From Pelomyxa schiedti (lineage: Eukaryota; Protista; Evosea): a stretch of 64,000 nucleotides of DNA. Positions 12,918 through 24,925 of this stretch are shown here, in pieces. A program made the translations under genes and the position numbers. How positions within the stretch are numbered: the first letter of the stretch is position 1; each line of letters opens with the position of its first letter. The DNA lies in the NCBI GenBank assembly GCA_020536535.1, contig JAHLWZ010000797.1, positions 89,623-153,622 on the forward strand. The letters are read 5' to 3'. Below the pieces are notes generated by a model. It saw only the letters and a list, made by a program, of their open reading frames with translations, had not been told where the DNA came from and ran no database searches.

Positions 12918-14184
12918 ATGGCGGCCGCATCTTCGTCGCTTTTTTTGGACACTGGGTACCTGCAGTGCAACGTAGTGGTTCACCCAGTCGTGATATTCAA
13001 CATTTTGGAGCACCATTCGCGCAGAAAAGTGGAGGAGGCAAACTCGCGTGCCGTGGGCACCTTGCTGGGAACAACCACCGGAAATGTCGTCGAAGTCTAC
13101 GATTGCTTCCCTGTGCCTCACACAGAGGAGGAGGCAGTAAGGCTTCTTTTTCTCTCTCTCCTGTTTTTTTTTTTTTTTTATTTTATTTTTTTTTGTTAAC
13201 ATTAACTAATTGGTGAGTGCATGGCTAATGTACTTTGTGTGTCTGCAGGTAGAGATATTCAAAGATTTTCATTTGGCTATGTTAGAACTTCACAAGAGGG
13301 TGTCCCCTAAGAGGACTGTTGTGGGCTGGTAAATAAATTTCTGGGGATGGGATTTATTACAACCAATTACAAAAAACTTTCTCCTAACCCTTTAGAGGTA
13401 TGCCACTGGGAGAGAAGTTACTGAAACTTCCGTTATGATTCATGATTTCTATTGGCAACAGATGAATGCTGCCCCCATCCACATAACCGTGGACACGGAA
13501 CTGAGACCAAACGAACCTCTTGCTGTAAAGGTTTCTTTATTTTCTTCCATCTTCGATTTCAATTCATAAACCTGCCAGGCGTACGTTAGTGCAGCACTGA
13601 GATTTGACACCAAGCAACTTCTCACTTATTTCTATCCAATTTCTCTGGAGATCAGAGCAACTGAACCTGAAAAAGTTTCACGTTAGTAGTCAAAATTTTT
13701 GGTACCAGAATTCTGAAAGCCCCTACCAGTGTCTTCATTTGCCAAAGCAAAAGAATCAGATGAACCCAGTGATATGCAAGATTTGACTGCAGTACAGGGA
13801 TCACTCGGCTCCCTTATTCAAAAGCTTGACTCTGTCATTGCCTACGTTGATGAAGTGAAGGTTTTCCCCCTGTTACCCCCATCACAATTACTGACTTATT
13901 ATAAGTCCGGGCGCCGCGAGGGAGACACCCGAGTAGGGAAGATGTTAGTCGAAGCACTTAGAAAACTCCCACACCACACACCCGCTTCTCTTGAAAACTC
14001 ATTCGCCGAAAGCACACAAGAACTACTCATGGTGCTGTACCTGTCAAGCCTCACCCGCGCACAAATGGTTCTGTCTGATAAGATCATGATGGCCACACAA
14101 CACCTCCAACCACCAACCCCACTGCCCCCCGCAGTCCCTCCCACACCCACAGCAAGGTCTTCAACACCGTCCCATGGGCTATGA
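12918..14184 (+). CDS. EIF3F: Eukaryotic translation initiation factor 3 subunit F (MPN domain)
   Basis: VHPVVIFNILEHHSRR, RAVGTLLG, VEVYDCFPVPHTE, ETVVGWYATG, IHDFY, PIHITVDT, C-terminal QELLMVLYLSSLTRAQ. Confidence 0.9.
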
Positions 14185-14581
14185 ATTCTTCAATGGATTA
14201 ACCCGTAACTGTTTCCTTTTTGGTTCGGAAAATTTTCGTTCAGTAACCTGACTCAGAATCTTGCTTGGGCTACCGAACTTCCTTGGTTGTTGTACAGCTT
14301 CCGTGTGTCACGTTTGGCGTGGAACAACTTGGCGCTGATGTTGTGTAGCAGCTCCTCTCGCTTGTTGGTGATTCCACTGAAGAATCGCACTGCTCAAACA
14401 AGACGGTTACATGGCTGAATAAAATAATCAACAGACCGGAACGCTGTCATTTTCCTTATCGTCGCTCAGGATCGGCGGTCTGGTGTTTTTTTTATTTCGC
14501 CACATAGTAATTGAAGAGCTCGTTTTTACTTTTAGTTTTACATAAGCCGGAAGCTGTGAACAATAGCAGAGCGAAGGGGTG

Positions 14582-17500
14582 TCATGATCGGGACAGAGAT
14601 TGTGCATCCTGTCGTGGTGAATGAGATAGTCCGGACTGGCTCAGTGAGTGCATCAAAGATGATGCTGACGATGCTGGTCTCGATGGCGGCACCGGTGGAA
14701 GAGGTTTCGCCGTTGGTATATTTGGTGCTGTGGGTTTGAAGGTCTGTTGTTGCGGTTGCGGCTGCGGCTGTGGTTGTGTTTGTGATTGTGGCTGTGGCTG
14801 TGGTTGTGGCTGTGCTTGGTTTGGAGTTGTTGATTTTGGTTCTGGCCCTGGGGATTGAACCTGTGGTTGTGATTGGGGTGGGGTGTGTGAGCAAAATCTC
14901 TCGCTTACCTTGCACCATGCAGTGCAAGTGAACGGGCACCTCGTTAGAAGTATTATGGGCTTGGTGGGGTCAGTGCCTGGGGCTGATGAAGATAGGCTGT
15001 TGTTGTTATTATTATTGCTGGTGCTACTACTGTTGTTGTTGCTTGTACTAGTGTTGGGGTTACTGTTGTTTGCGGTTAATTTGAACCTGGTGGAATCCAG
15101 TTGAGTGATGCTCCATGCGGTGTGTGGAAATGATGCAGGGGGTTCTCCTGGTGTGATGGGCCACTTGAACAGTAGGATTTCTTCTTTGGAATACTCGCAC
15201 CATACCTGCTTGTTCCGAAATTTAGAGGTTTGGGCCAAAAGTCCCTGCATTAGGGGCAGCGGTTGGGGATTGTAGGTGTCAAGTGGCCGGTCGTGGAATT
15301 GGTTATAGAGGTGCTCCAGGAATTCCCTACATAACAACGTTAGCATGACCTAAATTGGTGATTTGGGGAAGTGGTAAGAGATACTTTGGAAAGTCATCCC
15401 CCGAGTTTCCTCCAGTGTTAGTTGCTAACCAGCGTTGGAGGGTAAAGGCCTGCATCCTTATAAGTCGGAATTCCGATTTCGCTAAAGAATTGAAATCATA
15501 CCCCTTGATGATCTGATATATGAGGTTCGGCAATAATGGCAGTCATGGCAAGGCTTACAACCGCGTTCTCGTCTTTGAAAAACTGTGAATCATACTGCTT
15601 ACTCTGCAAATACAATTTTGCGTAACACTTCAATATGTTTCCCTTCTTGTCATTGTTCGGAGGAAGGTAAATCATTCTCCGGAGCATGCGCAATGACATT
15701 TCAAAATCGTAAAGATGTAAGTCCATTTTTCGCAGATAGGCCATCAAAATGGCGTCTTGCTTATCACCACTTCCCAAGTAGTCCCCGAGTAATGGGGGCT
15801 TTAGGGCGGCTCTGTTGTCAATCAGAAATTGTGCCACGGAGGCAGGATCTTTGCCTGGGGCAAGATGGGGAACACCTTTATCAGGACTGTCTGAGGTATT
15901 TTGAAGAAGCACTGGCATTGGCATCGGTAGTGTTGGAGAGGAGGAGACTGGGGGTAACTGGGTGCTTTTTATGACAACAACCTCTTTGGGAGTGTCACTT
16001 GAACTTGATTGTTGTGAAATTGTGCTCACGTCATTGTATTTTGCAGTGGGATTACTGTCAGGGGTTATTGGCCTGACACTGTTTAATAGGTCGGATCTGT
16101 TGCGTGGAGATTTGGTACGAGGTTTCATTTCAAGACTTGGTTGGGACTCCCTTGGCGAATTCGAGGCATCAAGTCCCATCCCGCTTTCTGTTTTCGTAGA
16201 TATTTGGCTGATGGTGCCTCTTGCTTTCACACAAAAATTATGAGTACATTTTTTTTCACACTTCTGGTGCACGAGAGATGAACAATCTATCTTCCATCAA
16301 CTCAAGTGAGTAAAAAAAAGAGGGAACACATACTCCGGCACTTGTATGTGTTGGAGAGGCTGGTAAGTTTATAGCACACTATGCAGATTCCACTTTGAAT
16401 TGGTGACGCGGGCGATAGAGGTTCGAATTGGTGGGTATTCATAGCCGCGGGCCAGATTAATAACCTTTTATCAGAGTGCACTTTTCACTAAATGTTAGAA
16501 CAGCAAACACACTATGTGACAGAAGTGTTTTTTTGTGCGTGGATGTCTTTGTGTAAACCAAATTACCAGTCCATATTGTGCCTCGAGATTCAGCAAGAAC
16601 AAAAATTGCAGCAGTTGGCCGGGGGGAGCTGAAAGGAACAACTTGATGCCCCTCCCGTGTCTAAAAACCTTATTTAGATCTGGTGGAAGACACATGCTGA
16701 TACAAACCTGCGCATCCCAAATCCACACGCCTCCTTGAAGAAAGCCCCAAACAACCCCTCCCAGGAACATGAGTCTTGGGGGGAGTGACACAGGCAATAT
16801 CCCCTTTATATTACCCTGGACAAGTTTGTGAAAAAATAGTTATACTAAAAAAGAGAGTACATTAAGGTCCCATATTGCAAGAGACTGGCTTGTGTGTGAT
16901 GACCAGATTTCAATCATCTCGTTGGATCTTACTGCCACAATAGATTCAACTTGCCCTTTCTGGGGTTTAAGGTCGTTTATTTTTTGGTCCTATGCATTGT
17001 CCGTCAGTACAATAGTGAGGGATACGAGACGTTTTACATGTGCATTCACTGTAGAAATTCCATTTGAAGTGCCCAACCATATTGTTTTACCAATCAACAG
17101 TGCTGATGTTACAGTAAACGATATTGGTATAACTTTTTTGCATTTGAACTTCTAAGAAATGTAAGAAGAGAAAGAGTTCCGCATTACCAAACTGAGGTAT
17201 TCCATATGCGAATTGATCTATCTGAGCCAAATGACCAAATATGTGTACCAACTTCCAATAGAGAAACAACTGGTCCATTTGTGTGGCCCTCCAGTTCTTG
17301 ACTGCAACATGAATGTACCTGAGAAAGTGAGCCAGATTTGAAAAGCCATTGGACACACACAAGATTGAATATTCTTACAACACCATCTTCACACCCCATC
17401 CACAAATGCTGTGTCAATACAATTGATGTCACCGGGGAACGTACTTCGTAGGTGGCACATGGCATGTAATGTGTTGGAGAAATAAGAGTAAGTTTGGGTG

Positions 17501-20500
17501 TATGATTGAAGGGAGAGAAACTCATCATTAGAAAATCTCTGCAAAAATCCACCATCTCCTTTCCTGCCACCTATCCACACCGCCTTTCCAGAAACTTCCA
17601 AGCAGTTTGGAGTTCCGTCAAGGCCAAATATTTTCAGAGGCTTGAGGTCACTGGGAACCGGGCTTATTTCTTCCTGTAAAGAATAAATTTTATCTCAAAG
17701 AGACGTGAATTACCAAACTCTGTTCAGCACTGGGACTTGATGTTTTCAAGGGCGCATCTTTTATGCTGAGCTCACTTTGGAGAGTATTTCCACGTAAAGA
17801 GGAGCTAGCAGAAGGGAATATGATATTGTCTATGGAACCAGTGTGTTCAGAGGTACTGGCTGTGGTATTGGAGCTGGTGAGAGAAGAAGATTCCACTCTA
17901 TCAGGCCCTCGTACACCCTCGTTCCCACTCTGACTTCCACTTCCAAGTTTTTTACTATCACAATTTTGCGCCTCGACTGGTTGTAAGGGAGGCAGTATTT
18001 TCAGTGTTCGAGATGCCAATATCAATCTTTGTGACAATAAGTTGATGGTGTCTTCCCATTCCTTATGGATTTTTCTTTGCATTTCGCACTCGAGATCGGG
18101 AGTATTTGCACTGGCAATCGACGACTGGGGATTTGGTGGCTCAGGTGGTCCAACAAGACGGGCAAAATCGATCCACTTCGCATCTGAGAGACTCTGTAGT
18201 GGTAAGGTATCATTGACGAAGAAGTGCCTTACAGAAATTCTAGACTCGACGGCATTTTGTTCCAGACATATTATCGGATTTGTTGTGTCAGGTTGCCTGA
18301 CTTTTTTTGTTTTTGAAGGTGGGAGAAGGGTTCAATAAAATAGGAAGAGGGGAAGCCAAGGTTACATTGTGGCACCAGAGAATTTCCGACTAAAAGTTTT
18401 AAAATGAGTGAAACAAAATAAGCGGGAGAAGGAAGTTGTACCCTTTAATCTGTTAGGCGCGTCAGCAATTTCAACGTTCAAAATCTGGCCAGAGCTAACT
18501 TGTAACTTGAGATACACTTCTTGACTTCCTACCTGCTGCCAGTAAGGCAAGTTCACAATGCATTTCTTACCATTTGTTTATTTCTGATTTTTTCCAGCTT
18601 TTCCTTAGTTTTAAGGTGGCTCTTGCGTTCTGTTTGTAATTCGGTCTCAAGGGAGCCGCGAGCCTGAATGAATATAAGGTAATGCGAATTGTTGGTTTTT
18701 ATCCACCTCTTCACTCTCACGCATTCGTGTGAAAAGAGACTGCAAATAATTGTTAATCTCTGTATTTCGTGATCTCTCTTCTTGTAATTCCTTTAACATA
18801 GTTAGGTTTAAAAAGGATGTGTGAAAAAAAGCCAGACTTTTTCAATGTTCAGGCGTCTGTGGTATTCCCGTTCCCGAACATCGGAAACTTCTCTGTAACA
18901 TACATAAATATGTTAAAAGTGTTTTCTTATTTCAACCTGCGTAATATGGTAATTTCATTTATAAATTCTGTTGTGACTTTCTTGTATTGTTTGTTTCGGG
19001 TTCTTTCTTTTAAAATTTCTGCCTTCAGTGTTTCAATATCATTTGTGTCTTAGAGGGGTCAATAGCCATATGGAAATATATTCAGGTTGAGGTGTACCTA
19101 GTAATTTATTCATTTCATAGTCACTATCAACAACTAACAGAATGTCAGTTCAGTGTGAGACTGGAGGTAAGAGGTAATACTATTTGATAAGTGTTCAGCT
19201 GATATTTGTTCAGTGTTATTCTTTGGCGAGTGTGCTGGGGGGGGAGGTGGCGGTGGGGGAGGTGGCGGTGGTGGGGGTGGAGTAACGGAGGGGATTGAAG
19301 GAGATAGGGCTGGAGCAAGTGAGAGCGCTGGAGATACGGCTGGTGTAATCGATGGGGAGAGTGTGGTTGCACTTAGGGAAGGTGGGGTTCTTGGTGTGGT
19401 TGCTCTTGTATGGGGAGATGGTGGAGGATGGATATGGCTCTCACTACTGCTGGAGTTAGTCCTGCAATGTGAGCTCTCACTGCTTCCGTGAGAGCCAGAT
19501 ACCTGTGAAGTTTCATGATGGAATTCCACAGTGCCATGGACAGGAACTCTTGGGCTATTTTCCATAGTAGGCATGTCTGAATCATGGCCTATTGTTCTGC
19601 TCCTCATCCTACCAGGAATCTTAGTGGCATCACTAGGAATAGTAGCATCAGGAGACGTGCTGCTGGTTGCACCAGTTGCAGGAGTCGGTGCTACAGAACG
19701 TGAATAGCTGACAGGCAGTGTTGCGAGACCAGCCAAGCGACGTGAAGATGGGTGGTCAGCCGAGCTGCGTATAGTATCTTTATTAGATGCCCGTTCATCT
19801 TTATCAGAACTGGGATTTGCACTCTGGTTGTTAGGAGGGGTGCCACTAACACTGGCACCACTGCCGCTGCCGCTGTTGCTGCCATTATTGCCACAACTGC
19901 TGCTATTACTATTACCACCGGTATTGGCATGGGACAAGTCCTCCGAGGAGTGCTGCAGCGTTTGCTGCTTGAGGGACCGCAGGAATTCCGGGGGAGCGCC
20001 GTGTAGGGTGTGCGCGTGCCGCGCGTAGTTGACCTTCCCCGACGAGTGCGTGGTGCTGCTTACGCCGACGGCGCTGAACCAGTCCGTAGCGGCCGCAACA
20101 ACAGACCTGCTGGTACCTGTGGCAGGCCCGGAGGTGTCGGCCCCCCTTGTGGTGTCAGTTCCGCCGCCGCCGCCGCTGCTGCTGGAGTTGGTGCTCTTGC
20201 TCCCGCCTACGCCTCCGCCGTCGCTGTCACTACCGCTGCTACTGTGACTGTGGCTGTGTGTGTGCGTGTGGCTGTGGGTGTGGGTGTGGCCGTGGCTGTG
20301 CCCCCCGCTGCCTTTGCTCTTGTGGCCCGAGTCGCTGTCCTTGGCGTTGCTGCTTGTGCTGGCGGAACTGCTGCTGGCGTTGTTGGCTATGTTGGTGTTT
20401 ATGATGTTGTTGGTGCTGTTGTGGATGGTGCTTCCCCAGCTGCTCCGTCTCTGTTGCTGCTGGTTTTGCTGCAAAGTAAGAGTCGCCAACATCGACGCCG

Positions 20501-20975
20501 ACGGTGACGCCGCATTAGACGACGACGACGACGACGGCGACGGCGACAGCTGAGCCTGAGAATTCGCCGCCGTGCCGGTGGACGAGCCCGACGACGACGA
20601 CGAGCCCCTCTCGTTTAGGGAGATGACTTCGGTCATGGAGAGCTGCCTGGCGGCCCCGAGCTGGTGTTGCTGCTGCTGCGGCTGCTGGGACTGGGGCTGC
20701 TGCTGCTGCAGGGCCCTGGCGAACGCGCTGTGGGCCGGCGACGCCGCGGCCGTCGGCGAGATGAACACCGAGGACACCGGGGTGCGCAGGAACTTGGACG
20801 CGGTGGCGACCCTGGGCGACTCGGGGGACACGCCGCTGGTGCCCGAGCCACTCGCGGTCGCCGCGGCGCTCGAGCCCGTGCTGGCGCCCGTGCCCGAGGA
20901 GTTGGTTGTGGTGGTGCCGCTGGGCTTGCTGGTTGCCGCGGTGCTCGCGCCCCTGGGGGTGCCGTTGCTGATCAT
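14582..20975 (-). CDS. Large multidomain protein: low-complexity N-terminus, coiled coil, beta-propeller (WD40-like), C1 domain, Sec7 domain, PH-like domain, Q/P-rich tail
   Basis: 613-aa S/G/N/H/Q-rich first exon. Propeller blades (VWIGGRKG, LWMGCEDG, IWSFGSDRSIRIW). C1 signature HQF...CIVC...C..C...VHQKC...C. Sec7 helices VAQFL...LGDYLG...LMAYL...FEMSLRML. A PH-like region follows. Confidence 0.7.
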
Positions 20976-21134
20976 CGGCGCTCGTTGCGTTGTTTGTTTT
21001 GTTTTTTCGCTTCAAAGGGCCGTTCGCCAAAGAGGAAGACTCTTCCGGACATGCTTCCATGTTTGGGCTACGTGAAAGTCCGATTTTGTAGTGCAGTTTT
21101 CGGCGGGGTGGATTCCTTGTTTTGTTTTTGTTTT

Positions 21135-23212
21135 TCAACTGGAGTGTGTTGTGGTGGATGTTGCGGGCGCCTGGGGATTCTCGACCCATAAGCGCGCTCG
21201 GTAGTCATTGGAGCAGGTGACCAGTGTGTTCTCCACTGGCGATGCGGCGATCCACCGTACTATATTGGTGTGCCCGGCTAATCTCTGAACCTGGAATTTG
21301 GGTTAGTGGGAACTTAGGGTTCTATGCAATTGAAGCCAAACCTGTTCTCCTGTCCGTGAATTAAAAACTACAGCGCAGGTAGCTTGCTCGTCTGATCCGA
21401 TTATATAGTCCTCGTTCCAGTTGAAAGTGGCTTGCAGTCTATACTTTTGGGTCTGTGCCAAATGTTATATATGCGGCTTTTTTTTGTTGTGACTGCACAG
21501 TACCTGACCAACCGTTATGGCTGTTAACTGTTGTCCAGTGGTAAGCTCCCATAGTCTGACGGTAGCGTCCTTCCCACTTGAAAGGAGGTACCTCTGATTT
21601 TTAGAGAACTGGATTGAACAAACCTTTCAATTGAATCAATTAGATGAAACTCAATAATTATTTGGAGTCATACTTCGCACCCTGAATGGGCACCCTCTAA
21701 TGTATTTATACAAGCATGCGTAACTCCATCCCAAAGTTTAATGCTGTACATCATAAGAAAGTAAAAAAGGAAATTTATGGGAACAAACCTTCCATCTTTT
21801 GATGAACTTGCAAAGACATTTCCTTGGGGGGCATATCTGACCTGCATTACTTTATTATTGTGTGCAGGGGAAAAGTATGCAATACCATTGTTACTGGCCC
21901 TCGGTGGTGGTGTTGAGGGTTTGGAGAAGTATAACAATTTGCTGTGGTTACATCATAAAGTCTAACAACATTATGGTCCGTTCCTGCTAGAAAGTAGTCA
22001 CCAGTAGGGTGGAATGACACAGACCGAACATTGTGTGTATCCTTCATTGATGTTATTTCACATAAGAGGGAAAATATTCTACTTTTAGGCAGCGGAAGGC
22101 TCTTTTAACTTGGCCCTTTAAATCATAAAACTTGACTGTGCAATCCCGACTCGCACTAATGAGAATTGGCATGGTTGGATGAAAATCTAATTCGTTTATA
22201 GACTGAAGCAATAGTTAGGGAGCACAGAGAAAGGGTGGGAGAAACCTGTGTGTGATCATAAAAGGTTCTTATGACAGGTCTTATTGGGGATGACTCGTCA
22301 GTCATTGAGGAGTCAGATTTACTGGTTTGTGTGAAAGATTTCATTTTTTCAACATCCAGAAGTTTGAGTGATGTGTCAGCAGATCCTGTAGCAACCAATG
22401 TTCCTGTAGTTTGTGAACAACAGATGACGCGGGATGCAAACTACCTTGTGGGTTGAACTTGGCGACTCTGCAAGCATTTTTGTGGGTCGTAACGAATCGA
22501 GTGACAAAGGATGACGGCGGGGCTGGTGCCACAACCCTTGTTCCTAATTACAAGAGCCCAATTAATTCACAAACTGTGAACATACATAGGAAGATTAAAG
22601 AGTGAGGATGTCAACAGGCGAACTCAGGCAGGAGATACAGACAGATAGAGAGACGTACAGCAAAGGTAACACATCAACGAATGCTGGGTATAAACGTAGA
22701 AAATATGAGTGTGTGTACCATTTGCCTCTGCCTGCAAGTCCAAGCACCTTTCGCCATCATCAAACTGGTGAGCTTCAGTGAGAGTGGTTAGGCCAGGAAT
22801 GGATGCAGCCGCATCGAGCTCCTTCTGCTTGGCCTTGCCCAGAGTAACAAGTTGAAGCAGTTGTGAGCCCCGGCCTCCTCGGCCTCCTGGATGGTATATT
22901 TGTGTAGCTTCTGACAACAACGCTGCAGCTTGTGCATATCCATCTGTTTGCAGTTGCCTGATGGTACATTGGTGTTGCCTAGCCAAAAGACAAAAACCCA
23001 AACATTACAAACACAGCAACGTGGTTGACAACACAATCGGTTTTTTTTTTATCCCCTGTTTTGTGGGTTTGGTGAAGATATCGCAGGGAACATACAAACC
23101 CTATTACGAGTTCATAAAGTTCGTGGGGGTCCACAAGCTGTTGATTACTCGGTTGATTCGCCGGCGTGGTAGGAGGCGCCGACGGGGCTGCGGACGCGCT
23201 CGCACCAATCAT
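21135..23212 (-). CDS. CSTF1: Cleavage stimulation factor 50 kDa subunit (WD40)
   Basis: N-terminal dimerisation motif LYELVIRQLQTDGY, FVTTHKNACRVAKF, ATGSADTSLKLLDVEKM, RPVIRTFYDH, SFHPTGDYFLAGTDH, terminal TCSNDYRARLW. Confidence 0.92.
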
Positions 23213-23359
23213 CACTGGCCAATTTAGTGTAGATCTCTCCTTAAGAACCCAAGTTGGTTGAATAGTTACAGTCCCCAGGGCCGCCGTCGGGGGAACTCCT
23301 CTCTCTTTTGGGTTGGCGTCTGGCCTCGATTCCAAGGCCGTAGGAGAGAACAGATTCCG

Positions 23360-24874
23360 ATGTTTTTGAACAAGAAGAAGAAAATCACCAACCGCCCTCT
23401 TCGGTTGCGAGGAGACATGCCAAACGACGGGTACCTGTACGTGACGCCGCGACCCGGGAGCCCCGATATTATCACGGAAGTGTTGGCGTGGAGCTGGAGT
23501 TTCGACTCCATGTCCCACCCCGCCCCGCGCCCTCCCCTCCGCCGCGGGCGCCGCCGCAACCGCCTCGCCCTGGACTACGCCTACGCAGCCGACGAGGGCG
23601 AGTGGGAGGGAGGGGACGAGGACGGGCAGCAAGGGGGCGGGGGCGAGGAGCCGGCGGCGGACCCGATGAGGATGGGGGACGTGAGGGGGTGGAGCGCGGC
23701 CAGGACCGTCGAGTGGCTCGCCGACACCATGCACATGCCCCAGTACGTCAAACCGTTTACCGAGAACATGGCATGTTGATCGATTGATTTGATGGAGTTA
23801 TTACTACTACATATAGACGCGGGGAGATGGAGATGCATTTCACACACACAGATTGTTTGTCATTTCACTTATCTGCCCATTTTATGTATGGAATTCTGAC
23901 TAATGGGAAAGGTGGACGGGGAGGTTCTGCTGGAATTGGATGAAGATGACCTGAAAGAGAGTCTTGGAGTGACAGTTATAGGTCACAGAATCAAGATTCT
24001 CAACGCAATTCGCAAGGCCCGTTATTATCAGAAGCGCCGCAAACCCGCTGTCGCTGAAAATAGGTTCTCTGCCACACTATTTCTGGACGCAGCATCCCAC
24101 AAGACTCTCTTTACGAGCGTGATTGGGGGCACTCCCTTATACAGTGTTGTACTGGTCAACTTCATTGCAAAAAACCGACATAGTGTTGGCGATGATGAAG
24201 ACGACGCTTCTTCCGGGATAAAGCCCGCCGAAGGGCAGCCCGTACATGCACTTGAGATGAGAAATGTATCGTGCAGCTCTATTTCAGCTGGAGGGTCTGG
24301 AGGTGAAGACCGCTTCACCTGCAGCATAGACTTTACCCCAACGAAGTATTTCATTCGAAGAATACCTTAGTAAAACTAATACCCAAATTCCACCAAGTTT
24401 CTCGATCCATTACCTAGGTGTGCATGATTGTTCTAAGCCAGACTTATTGTATAATTACTTCCTCTCGTCACCCGTGGATCCAAGTGTGCTGGAACCAACA
24501 TTCTGTGAGAACCACAACTTGATGGATTATGCACCTGGCATTTCTCTATGTGTTGTTGATGGGAAGCTGGACACTCTCGAATGGGGAAAAGCAATTTCCT
24601 GGTCCCCCAAGAATCACAAGGTTCCTTCTCTGCAACACATTTCCTTAGTTTCACACCCTTTCTCCACAAACCAAACCCCCAGGCGTACCCTAGAGCTTTT
24701 AGGAGCATGGTTTTCCTGCTGCTTCTTATGCATCGCCGTAAAGAATGTCCCTTGCACGTTCTACCTCTTCACGTTCTGTTGAAAGTGTTCACCCTTCTCA
24801 GTACAACCTATCAGGTGAACCCTTTTGATAAATGGCCTCTGCCAGAGCCAGGACTACAAAAAGAACGGGATTAA
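23360..24874 (+). CDS. SAM domain-containing protein
   Basis: SAM domain split by an intron: WSAARTVEWL...QYVKPFTENM|VDGEVLLELDEDDLKESLGVTVIGHRIKILNAIRK. C-terminal WSPKNH|AYPRAFRSMVFLLLL...LPLHVLLKVF. Confidence 0.75.
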
Positions 24875-24925
24875 TTTTCAATTTTTATTGGTAACGCGTT
24901 GGCTTATTTATTATTGGCTGGGGCT

